DNA of 45,484 bases, from contig NC_068985.1 of the NCBI RefSeq assembly GCF_001194135.2, positions 27,345,476 to 27,390,959 on the forward strand. Direction: 5' to 3'. How positions within the stretch are numbered: position 1 is the first letter of the stretch; each line of letters begins with the position of its first letter. Source of the DNA: Octopus bimaculoides. Taxonomy: Eukaryota. The notes under the pieces were generated by a model that saw only the letters and a program-made list of their open reading frames with translations, searched no databases and was not told the origin of the DNA. A program made the position numbers and the translations under genes. Positions 25,054 through 35,499 of this stretch are shown here, piece by piece.

Positions 25054-25199
25054 CTCTCTTTTACTCTTTAACTTGTTTCAGTCATTTGACTGTGGCCAAG
25101 CTGGAGCACCGCCTTTAGTCGAGCAAATCGACCCCAGGACTTATTCTTTGGAAGTCTAGTACTTATTCTATCGGTCACTTTTGCCGAACCGCTAAATTA
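25054..25199 (-). mobile_element. SINE family A 3' half
   Basis: Near-identical reverse complement of 930-1070. Confidence 0.85.
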
Positions 25200-25363
25200 C
25201 GAATTCAAATTCCATTGTATCTTTTGTATATGTTAGGAATAGATAAAATACATGCCAGTGATATCGTGGAATCAAATCGCATGCAACCATTTCTTTAGAA
25301 AATGTGACCCTGGCGCAAACGAAAAGAAAAAAAAATCATTGCTAATAAGCCTGGAATATATTT

Positions 25364-25529
25364 ATAGGTTAAGAAGCCCGTTGTGCAACCACGTGATTTC
25401 GGGTTCACTCCCACTGTGTGGTAGCTTGGGCAAGTGTTTCATATTAGCGCCTCAGGCCAACCAATACCTTCTGAGTGAAATTGGTAGACGGAAAATGTGT
25501 GGAAATCTGCAGTGTGAATAGGTACACAA

Positions 25530-25575
<46 letters not shown>

Positions 25576-25797
25576 GTATATATGTATATGTTTTGTATTT
25601 GTTTCTTTCCCTCCCACTGCTTGATAACTGGAGTTAGTTTGCTTGCGTTCTCGTAAACCAGCGTTTCGGCAAAAGAGTCCGACGCAATAAGTACCAGACT
25701 TAAAAAATAAATACCGCGGTGGGATTTGTTCAGCTAAAATACTTCAAAGCGATGCTCCAGTATGGCTGCTATCCAATAATTAAAAAATGTAAAAGAG
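25364..25797 (+). mobile_element. SINE family A, diverged, internal (CA)n
   Basis: Head GGTTCACTCCCACTGTGTGG and body GGCAAAAGAGTCCGAC..GCTCCAGTATGGC. Confidence 0.8.
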
Positions 25798-26570
25798 AAA
25801 GCACACGCTCGTGCACACACAAACATACACACAAAACACGCGCGCACACATACATACATACATACATACATACATACATAAAGCACATAATTTGAAGCAA
25901 TTTGCCAAGACCCTTATTTTGTGCGTTGGCTAATAAGGGAGATGGAAGTAGCAATGTATAAGAAATCGGAGATGATTTTAAGCAGCAATGGAATGTACAC
26001 TGCAAATTCGACATTCTGGGAACTTTTGTCTTAATCTACAGCGCTCGCCACCGTGAGAATTATCATATTGGTTCTGTTTCATTCAAGGCAGTGTTTGATG
26101 TCTACGTTTGATGTTTTACTTCATTGTTGTAACAATAGCTGAAATGGAATGGTCTCAGGAACAATGGTACGTGTGTTAATTGTGCTATTCGTGCTTTCAG
26201 ACTTGAATAGTCCTGCAGTCAAATTGACAGTTTGGAGTGGGGAATGGAAGAAAAAAAAAAAAAAAAAGGAATCCACTGTATTTGCTTATCACTACTTCGT
26301 CATGGGAATAATATATTTGATTGTTGAGAGAACTATAAACTCTAACTGTAATGGTAAGTGAATGAATACATTTTCACTGGAAACTGTAAAGTTACTATAG
26401 CTTAATCAGTAAAATTTCAATCTCTTCTCTTTACTATTTTAGATTTGTAAGCAGAAGAGGAGTCTCGATGCAATTAAGGTTTTGCAGCGTGGATAACATA
26501 TATTAGCCATTCAAACACCCTCAGCCCACAAATTGTTAATTTCACTTAAAAAATTTACTATTTGGTGTCA

Positions 26571-26635
26571 AAATTTTCGTCGCACCAACTGCGACATGGT
26601 CACTAGTACCGTCACAATTGGTGCAACGAAAATTT
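26571..26635. other. 65-nt imperfect inverted repeat (hairpin)
   Basis: 25-bp arms with 3 substitutions, 2-nt bulge, GGT/ACC, 7-nt loop. Confidence 0.85.
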
Positions 26636-26890
26636 AGCTTCAACACACGGTTTCAGATCAAATCACTTGCCTGACAAGTACGTTTCCAAGACTTTTGTTA
26701 TTTCATTTTGCAGATTTCAAATTTCAAATTCATTAAACTTCGATTCAATATTCCTACCTCTCAATATACAGAGACAGATGGAGATTGAATGATGATAAGG
26801 TGTTGGTGGTGTTGGTGCTGGAAATGAAATCTGAATCTAGCAAATCTTTTAATTTATATTGAAATTTGTAATTAAATAGCTAAAACATTT

Positions 26891-27532
26891 NNNNNNNNNN
26901 NNNNNNNNNNNNNNNNNNNNNNNNNNNNNNNNNNNNNNNNNNNNNNNNNNNNNNNNNNNNNNNNNNNNNNNNNNNNNNNNNNNNNNNNNNNNNNNNNNNN
27001 NNNNNNNNNNNNNNNNNNNNNNNNNNNNNNNNNNNNNNNNNNNNNNNNNNNNNNNNNNNNNNNNNNNNNNNNNNNNNNNNNNNNNNNNNNNNNNNNNNNN
27101 NNNNNNNNNNNNNNNNNNNNNNNNNNNNNNNNNNNNNNNNNNNNNNNNNNNNNNNNNNNNNNNNNNNNNNNNNNNNNNNNNNNNNNNNNNNNNNNNNNNN
27201 NNNNNNNNNNNNNNNNNNNNNNNNNNNNNNNNNNNNNNNNNNNNNNNNNNNNNNNNNNNNNNNNNNNNNNNNNNNNNNNNNNNNNNNNNNNNNNNNNNNN
27301 NNNNNNNNNNNNNNNNNNNNNNNNNNNNNNNNNNNNNNNNNNNNNNNNNNNNNNNNNNNNNNNNNNNNNNNNNNNNNNNNNNNNNNNNNNNNNNNNNNNN
27401 NNNNNNNNNNNNNNNNNNNNNNNNNNNNNNNNNNNNNNNNNNNNNNNNNNNNNNNNNNNNNNNNNNNNNNNNNNNNNNNNNNNNNNNNNNNNNNNNNNNN
27501 NNNNNNNNNNNNNNNNNNNNNNNNNNNNNNNN
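26891..27532. other. Assembly gap
   Basis: N run. Confidence 1.
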
Positions 27533-27606
27533 CTAATACTTATGTGCGTGTATATGTATGTATGTGTGTATATATTATACATATAGATTGATAGATACAT
27601 ACATAC

Positions 27607-27651
<45 letters not shown>

Positions 27652-27971
27652 CGGTCATTTGTAGGATTCATTCGAGTCAAGGTATTTTAACATTCAGGAC
27701 ACCGAGAGAGAATCGAGTTCGGTACTTACGTGTATATACCACATTCAAATACATCCGTAAATACTCGTCCACACACGGACATATCCGTACATCTACATAT
27801 ATATGTACATCCACACACAAGTATACACACACATGTAAATACACATACACAAGTAAGTATATACCCATGCACACAGGTATGCAAATTCACTATCCAATGC
27901 AAGTCTCAGATCCAACACAGGGACGGTTCCACGTATGGTGTTTGCATAAAATAAAAACACAAATAGATTAA

Positions 27972-28264
27972 AGGTTCGCTAAAGCTGTTTCAGGCGTGTT
28001 TTTTTGTTCAATTGCATCATGAAAAATCCGTTTCCTTCAGCTGAGTTAAAAATTGAAAAATTTGGTGAGGAGAAAAAATGCATTTAGGCATCAATGAAGA
28101 GAATGAAAACACAATCTCTTTCAAGATACCTAAATGGGAAGGTCAATCCACATCTAGTGGTATTTTTTCTCCGAAACAAATTCTAAATTTTTAATCCACC
28201 AGAAGAAAATAGATTTTTCATGATGTAATTGAATTAACGTGTGTGAAACAGCTGTAGTGAACCT
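27972..28264. mobile_element. MITE with long TIRs and TTAA TSD (Kolobok-like)
   Basis: TTAA|AGGTTCGCTAAAGCTGTTTCA...TGAAACAGCTGTAGTGAACCT|TTAA; arms align for more than 100 bp. Confidence 0.8.
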
Positions 28265-28284
28265 TTAATCTCCTTGTGTTCTAA

Positions 28285-28485
28285 TGTAATCGCATGTGAA
28301 TCGTTGGCAATTTTTTTCCTCTGTCTTCCTTTTCTATTAGACTTTCCTCTGTTTCTAAAGAAGAGCTTTGCTCGAAACGTAAAACCACATTTTTTTCCTT
28401 CCCTGAGCGTCTGCTAATACTTTACATGTACCACGTCCTCGCGTTGTTGTTTTTGTGCTTGTTCTTCGTTTTTTGTGGGGATTTA
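28285..28485 (+). mobile_element. Solo Penelope-like pLTR with HHR-like motif (28351-28385)
   Basis: Homologous to reverse complement of 1150-1310; GUUU-CUAAAGA-A-GAGC(UUU)GCUC-GAAA-C-GUA-AAAC. Confidence 0.55.
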
Positions 28486-28486
28486 C

Positions 28487-28521
<35 letters not shown>

Positions 28522-28525
28522 GTAT

Positions 28526-28582
28526 GTCATTGTTCAGTTTTATTTCAAGATTTCTTGCCAAAAGGGAAAGAGCCAGTTTCTA
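28526..28582 (+). mobile_element. TATG-embedded element, copy 3 (cut by gap)
   Basis: Identical to the start of copy 4. Confidence 0.85.
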
Positions 28583-28915
28583 NNNNNNNNNNNNNNNNNN
28601 NNNNNNNNNNNNNNNNNNNNNNNNNNNNNNNNNNNNNNNNNNNNNNNNNNNNNNNNNNNNNNNNNNNNNNNNNNNNNNNNNNNNNNNNNNNNNNNNNNNN
28701 NNNNNNNNNNNNNNNNNNNNNNNNNNNNNNNNNNNNNNNNNNNNNNNNNNNNNNNNNNNNNNNNNNNNNNNNNNNNNNNNNNNNNNNNNNNNNNNNNNNN
28801 NNNNNNNNNNNNNNNNNNNNNNNNNNNNNNNNNNNNNNNNNNNNNNNNNNNNNNNNNNNNNNNNNNNNNNNNNNNNNNNNNNNNNNNNNNNNNNNNNNNN
28901 NNNNNNNNNNNNNNN
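28583..28915. other. Assembly gap
   Basis: N run. Confidence 1.
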
Positions 28916-28999
28916 GAATAAGTGTCACACATTTCTACAGACAAATTCCTCTATTTGCATAATATCGAGGTCTCTTTCTTTCTTTTGTTGGCATTCCTG

Positions 29000-29043
<44 letters not shown>

Positions 29044-29047
29044 GTAT

Positions 29048-29274
29048 GTCATTGTTCAGTTTTATTTCAAGATTTCTTGCCAAAAGGGAAAGAGCCAGTT
29101 TCTAGCCTAGACGCAAGGCTCCTTCATTGGAATTTCAACATCACAACAGGGCATTTTTGTTTGTTTGTACGTATGTATGTATATGTGCAGATTTGTATGT
29201 TTTGTTTTACGTATGTATTCTTATCCATTAAGTTGCATATCTAGACATGCTCATATATATTTAAATGATAAACT
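29048..29274 (+). mobile_element. TATG-embedded element, copy 4
   Basis: Ends AAATGATAAACT, as does copy 5. Confidence 0.85.
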
Positions 29275-29276
29275 TT

Positions 29277-29592
29277 CCCAGTGGTTAGGACAGCGGACTC
29301 GCGGTCGTAGGATCGCGGTTTCGATTCCCAGACCGGCAGGAGGTGGTGGCGAACCCTGCTGTACTCTTTAACTACAACTTTCTCTCAATCTTTCTTCCTG
29401 TTTCCGCTGTACCTGTATTTCAAAGGGCCAGCCTTGTCACACTCCGTGTCACGCTTAACCTCACCGAGAACTACGTTAAGGGTACACGTGTCTGTGGAGT
29501 GCTCAGCCATTTACACATTAATTTCACGAGCCGACTGTTCCGTTGATCGAATCAACTGGAACCCTCGTCGTCGTAACCGACGGAGTGCCACG
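29277..29592 (+). mobile_element. tRNA-derived SINE family C
   Basis: CAGTGGTTAGG A box, GGTTTCGATTCC B-box-like, 3' GGTACACGTGTCTGTGGAGTGCTCAGCC..GTAACCGACGGAGTGCC shared with 42735-43050. Confidence 0.85.
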
Positions 29593-29610
29593 ATGTATGT
29601 ATGTATGTAT

Positions 29611-29760
29611 GAACCAAATTCACTCATAAAGCATTAGTCAGTTCGGGGCTACAATAGAAGGTACTTGCTACTTGCTTAAAGTGCCGCACAGAGGGACTGA
29701 ACCGAAACTACGTGGCTGCAAAGTTAGCTTCTTAAACGCATAGACATGCGTGCGCCTATG
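29611..29760 (-). mobile_element. SINE family A head, diverged
   Basis: Reverse complement of the family A 5' half. Confidence 0.65.
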
Positions 29761-29805
29761 GCTTGTAGTAATATATATTCATTGTTAACACGGAAATATG
29801 TCAGT

Positions 29806-30007
29806 CTTTCTTTTTTTTTCCTTTTATTTGTTTCAGTCATTTGACTGCGGCCATGCTGGAGCACCGCCTTTAGTCGAACAAATCGACTCCAGGACTTATT
29901 CTTTGCAAGCCTAGTACTTATTCTATCGGTTTCTTTTGCCGAACTGCTAAGATACGGGGACGTAAACACACCAACATCGGTTGTCAAGCCCTGTTGGGGG
30001 GTACAAA

Positions 30008-30072
<65 letters not shown>

Positions 30073-30200
30073 GACGGGCTTCTTTCAGTTTCCGTCTATC
30101 GAATCTACTCACAAGGCTTTGGTCGACTGAAGGTGCCACGTAGTGGGACTGAACCCGGAACCATGTGGTTGGTAAGCAAGCTACTTTACTCCCGCACCCT
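29806..30200 (-). mobile_element. SINE family A with internal (CA)n
   Basis: High similarity to 664-1070. Confidence 0.9.
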
Positions 30201-30489
30201 TAATTTGTGATTGTTATTTGTATGTGTTGACAGTAATGTATATGATGTTGGTTTGATTATATCTTGAATTTACTATGACAGAATGCAGAAAAATACTCGA
30301 TGGTTTGACTGGCATATCCTTTTAATGTTAAAACCCCTCATGTCAAATGTATGAACTTGAAGGCAAGTAAGTTCTATAAATACGAAGATTAGGACTCGAG
30401 ATATTCTATCAAGACACGATAATCTCTCTTTAAGATCGGACTTTAATTTATTCTCCACTCAAATGTTTGTTGACTGTCTTCGTCGTAAC

Positions 30490-30960
30490 GAAGGACACTC
30501 GTATTTAGTCGCTTCAGCTGTTAGAAATAGCAGCCAAATCTCTCTCTTCAAATGATATTCGACCCGTATTAAACACAAGCGGCATGTAAGATAATATAGC
30601 CCATGAAATGCTCATTCAAATCACCTTGAGGCTAAATTAAATTTCAGTATTATAGCTTGATATATGCAATCCAGAAAACTGAAACAATTAAGACAGCGTT
30701 TAGCTGTTATGACTTAATAACAATGCTGAATAAGCCAACGAAGGACCCCCATCGTCTGACTTGCTAGAAGTAGCAACAAATTTCCTCCAAATCAAATCCC
30801 GATCTCAACGTTAGATCATTTGGCCCTGAGTTCTCTTCACACTAGAAAGAAGACGAGATGGTCACAATCGGAATGTTTTGACTGTTTGATCATTAGTTGG
30901 CTCGATCGGAACTGATTTGAGTTAATAAAACAACATCGGCAGCATCAACAACAACTACAA
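30490..30960 (+). mobile_element. Two tandem fragments of a SINE-like repeat with (CAA/CAG)n tail
   Basis: CTGTTAGAAATAGCAGCCAAATCTC and CTTGCTAGAAGTAGCAACAAATTTCC; similar to 19010-19205. Confidence 0.5.
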
Positions 30961-31097
30961 TAAAAGCAGCAGCAATAACAACCACTTCTATATTCTGTAT
31001 GATTGATGTCTGATTTAAACTCATACATCAACATCAACTGCAGTTTTTCTGGTTTGTACTGTGTCCACTTAACAAACTGATGGTACTACAACCGTAA

Positions 31098-31240
31098 ATA
31101 TTGATGTCTAACTGAGGCATAAAGCTACATTTTTTTGAGTAGGGGTGGGGTGGGAGGAAACAGTCGAACATATCGACCCCAGTACTTGACTGGAACTTAT
31201 TTTATCGACCACTGTAAGGATGAAAGGAAAAGCCGACCTT
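31098..31240 (-). mobile_element. SINE family B 3' part
   Basis: ATCGACCCCAGTACTTGACTGG..AGGATGAAAGGAAAAGCCGAC. Confidence 0.7.
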
Positions 31241-31369
31241 AACTTTAATATTGATAAGAATTCCGCTACACTAATTCAGTGACAATCAGTTTTATTGATT
31301 ATCCTTACTCAGTTTCATACTAAATAACCCAACATGTTAATATTTAAGTTTAATATAGTGGTGAGCCAT

Positions 31370-31586
31370 AAGGCGGTGAGCTGGCTGATACGTTTGTATG
31401 CCGGACAAAATGCATAGTGGCATTTCGTCCGTCTTTACGGCCTGAGTTCAAGATCCGCCGATACCGACTTTGTGTTCCATTCTTTCAGTGTCGATAAAAT
31501 TAGTACCGGCTGAGCACTGGGATCGATGTGATTGACTTAACCCTTCCTACGAAATTATTCACCTTGTGCCAAAATTTGAAATCAAC
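31370..31586 (+). mobile_element. SINE family B with 15-bp TSD
   Basis: TSD ATAGTGGTGAGCCAT at 31355-31369 and 31587-31601. Confidence 0.92.
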
Positions 31587-32445
31587 ATAGTGGTGAGCCA
31601 TGCCTGAAGTTCCTAAACTCGTTCAAACCAGTTCAGACCACTTACGCAACCTATGCGTTTGGTAAAGGTATGTTAGTCACAAGATTTTACATCTTTACCA
31701 TGCATAAATTCAAGGCTATGTCGCCTAGCTAGCACCTAAATCCAATATTTTACATATGGGTCAATCGTCTTAGAGTACAAGCTTACTTGACCGTTCGCTG
31801 TTCGCCATTAGAACTAGTTTAGATATGTAATATAAAATGGAAGTTTAATAATTCGTTAGTTGATATTATTATTAACTCCCCAAATGGACAACATCCTTTT
31901 ATACATAGGCTGACATTGCTCCTCATTCATCATTTGATACCATCTTAATTTAAAAAATAAAATGAGTTTGACATTTACTTCAAGTTGCTGAATGAAACTT
32001 GTTTTAACTTACAAGTTGACATTTGCCACGCAGTTGATAGTTTATGACTGAGTCTGTCTTTGGAAAAGAAACTTAACCTCACTTCAAATATTGAAACCAC
32101 TTCAACCGAAATACCATTGTCCGTTAAAGTTCACAATTTTGTCTAAACGTTGCTCCTTATTCGTACAAGGCTTTTTGTTATTATATTATTTTTCACTAAC
32201 AGATTTATAATTTTGATAATAGTTATATTAATATTTGCATTACCAGAAAAAGAACATCCCCTTTTAGGATTTAGTAGTGCTGTAAATATGGTTTCTCAGT
32301 ATGATACAAGGTATTAGATGTACGGAGAGAGTCTAAGAGGGAATGCATTGGGAAGAAATTGAAATAAAACAGCTTCGATCAAGTATTGAAACCCTGTTTT
32401 AGGATCGGCTTGACGTTAGCAATCTGATGTTCAAAATGATTTACT

Positions 32446-32610
32446 AATATTGATTTCAAATTTCGGCACAATGCCAGCAATTTCGGGTAAGTGGGTAAGT
32501 CGATTACATCGGCCTCCAGTGTTCGACTGGTATTTATTTTATCGACCCTGTTAGGATGAAAGTCAAAATCAACCACGGCGGAATTTGAACTCATAACATA
32601 TAGACGGACC
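32446..32610 (-). mobile_element. SINE family B (5'-truncated)
   Basis: Homologous to 6709-6925. Confidence 0.8.
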
Positions 32611-32624
32611 TGACTGATTAATAT

Positions 32625-32835
32625 TGGTGGATTGGCAGAATCAATTACGGACGAAATGTTTGCCGTATTTAGTTTACGTGCATTGTACATTCTTTGTTCG
32701 AATCACGCTGCAGTCGACTTTGCTTTCTATCATTTTGGGGTCGATGAAGTGAACACCAATATTAAACTAGGAAGAATGTAATTGACTCTTTCGCTATCTC
32801 ACCAAATTTAAATTCTTGTGCTAGAAATCAATATT
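32625..32835 (+). mobile_element. SINE family B, diverged
   Basis: TGGCAGAATC..GTCGACTTTGCTTTC..GGGGTCGAT..TGTGCTAGAAATCAATA. Confidence 0.65.
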
Positions 32836-33349
32836 AGGTTATTTTGGTATGCTTCAGACGCTCTTTATTTCTAAGGCGGAGAACAAGGATTCTCATAGCG
32901 GATTCTCATGTGATATGTTACAACTTCAATCAAAAATAAAAATCGCATCATGGACTCAGGAGTTAATCTTATATTTTATGACACGATATTTTGCAAATAT
33001 TATGTTCTTATTATTTTGGCTTTGTCAAAGACTGAAGAAATCATGCCGTTGTTGTTGCTGTTCAGTTTCAAAATCTGAGGACAAATGTGGACGGTGAGAG
33101 AATTCTAAAAAAATGCTTTTTGAATAGGAAGTTTTAGACAAAGATAAATGGATTATTGAGGGGTCTAGAAAGTAAGACACAACAAGCATACGATAGAAAG
33201 CGAGATGTGAGGGTTTGATTGAACACAGGGCTGATGCAACGATCAAGTTCAGAGGAGCAAAGGTAGTTGCAGTAACGATGTGCAAATCTGAAAAAAGAAA
33301 TTGCACATTTTCGTGGCGAAGTTTGTAGCACACTGGTTTGAAACTTTCT

Positions 33350-34800
33350 GCTAATCAGCCGGATGACGTTTTTGATGTGGAGTAAGATGTTTTTACGTGA
33401 AGCAGCAATACCTTCCCAGTTTTTCCAGCGTAGATATCATTGGAATTATTACTGAAAATCAGCAAGTGGCACGGAAGTATTGTCAACTATTGAAGATGAA
33501 TCCGAGTCATTGTGATGCAGTTTGACAAGATTATAGAAATGAGGTTAGAACGAGAGATCATTAGAGATTGTGAAGTCCAGAAACTTTGAAGGTTTTGTGA
33601 TTTTCATGATTTGAGACTTTGAGATGCATAACATTTCCACTGCTATGATTCGCACCTGTGTCTTCGTGCCGTTGAAAAAGACGAGGTTGTTCGTTGAAGA
33701 ACGTTTGAGATGTCTTTTCACGGAGGAAGTGCATATCAAGCACGACATTTCTATGTTGCATGTGGATTCCACATGTGAGTGGAAGGTCAAAGAGCTACGA
33801 GGCGGATCCTAACGCTGAAGTAATGTTTCTAAAGCAAGAAATTATCTCGCTCAAGTTGCGGACGCCAAAATGCATATACAATGAGGATAGGTTAAAGAGC
33901 TTGAAGAGATATGAAACAAAAGTTGATGCGTATCACTTTCCAAAAATATTGATAAATTGTACTTAACACTGCAAGAAAAAAAAAGATAGCAAGCAGTTCA
34001 TCGACAAGGTTGTACATGGGTACTTGAAACGAATAACAAACAACATAGAAGAATCAGAAGTCTGGCATGATGTACTGATAGGTTTATAAGATCAATCCTG
34101 GAAGGTTACTGCTATGCAATTCAGGTGCAAGAAGTCCTCACCAAGTACCTAATGCACAAAAGAAAGTATCGACCGATTAGCTGATACTTTCTGTTTTCGT
34201 ATTAACCCATTGGCTGATATGAGACCAAATCAATGATATTAATCTGATATGGCTGATATGTCACCTGTAAGAGAGTGTACTCTAGTTACTACTTTTGTTT
34301 GGCATGATGTAAATAGCCAGAAAAACCTGTAATAGATGAAGAAGGGAAAAAACGACAACAAAGATGATCATATTGAAACGCAGGCATCAAATGAATATTG
34401 GTGGAACCTTAGAATAACAACAAACAAATCCAAACACAACCAAACCTTTATATTAGGAAACGCAATACACAAAACATACTCAATATTGGTGGTAACTAAG
34501 TATAAAAACAGCAACCAAATTAAAACACGACCGAACTTATATTATTTGGGACCGTAATATATAAAACATTCTCTATTATATTGTCTAGTCGATATCAATG
34601 TGGTAAGAAAACATACAGGATAAAGAAAATATCTATGGATCTTTTACTTGATAAGGAGTCTACAAAGTCATTACCCAAAATATATTTTCAGCTTTCTACC
34701 CATTATTGCCGGAGCTGTCATACTATGTGGCACAATAAAAACTCTGCAAAACTTTCCAAGAATTCAAAAGGTGAATGGTTGCATTGAGGATAACGAGAAC
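33350..34800 (+). mobile_element. R4/Dong-like LINE, RT C-terminus to RLE (copy 5)
   Basis: HNISTAMI; LEGYCYAIQVQEVLTKYLMHKRK; EYWWNLRITT; IRSLQSHYPKYIFSFLPIIAGA. Confidence 0.75.
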
Positions 34801-34919
34801 AGGACCCCAGATACGCTTAAAAAAAAACAAAAAAACAGCTTCTCTTTTCTACCTTGCCTCCGAGCAGGTGGCAGGCCAAACTAAAGTCTAAGTCGGGAGG
34901 CGGGGGGGGGGAGGAAGAT

Positions 34920-35418
34920 ACTAGCTTGCTTACCAACCACATGGTGCCGGCTTCAGTCCCACTGTGTGGCACCCTGATGAAGTGTCTTGTACTATAGCCT
35001 CGGGCCGACCAAAGCCTTGTGAGTGGATTTGGTAGACGGAAGCTGAAAGAAGCTCGTCGTATAATATATTTGACAGGAATAGCAACAAAAGAAAGAGACC
35101 TCGATATTNNNNNNNNNNNNNNNNNNNNNNNNNNNNNNNNNNNNNNNNNNNNNNNNNNNNNNNNNNNNNNNNNNNNNNNNNNNNNNNNNNNNNNNNNNNN
35201 NNNNNNNNNNNNNNNNNNNNNNNNNNNNNNNNNNNNNNNNNNNNNNNNNNNNNNNGTGTGTGTATGTATGTATGAATGTATATATATATATATGTTTGTG
35301 TATCTGAGTTTGTCCCCTACCATTGCTTGACAACCTGGGGTCGATTTGTTCGACTAAAGGGGGTGCTACAGCATGCCCACAGTAAAATGACTGAAACAAG
35401 TAAAAGAATAAAAGAATA
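34920..35418 (+). mobile_element. SINE family A spanning a gap
   Basis: Head 34920-35060, N gap 35109-35255, internally deleted body and tail to about 35418. Confidence 0.8.
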
Positions 35419-35499
35419 CATGGATGCATGCATGCATACATGCCTACATGCATGCATGCATGAATTCATACATACATACATAAATGATAGTAGTGAATA

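Noticed and set aside
15664-29340. tRNA-like A/B boxes at 15664, 24008-24058 and 29277 as tRNA genes
   Set aside because: No acceptor stem or full cloverleaf; they continue into SINE bodies
30273-30458. Minus ORF with LQVHTFDMRGF as an APE endonuclease start
   Set aside because: Single weak motif, no further supporting domain
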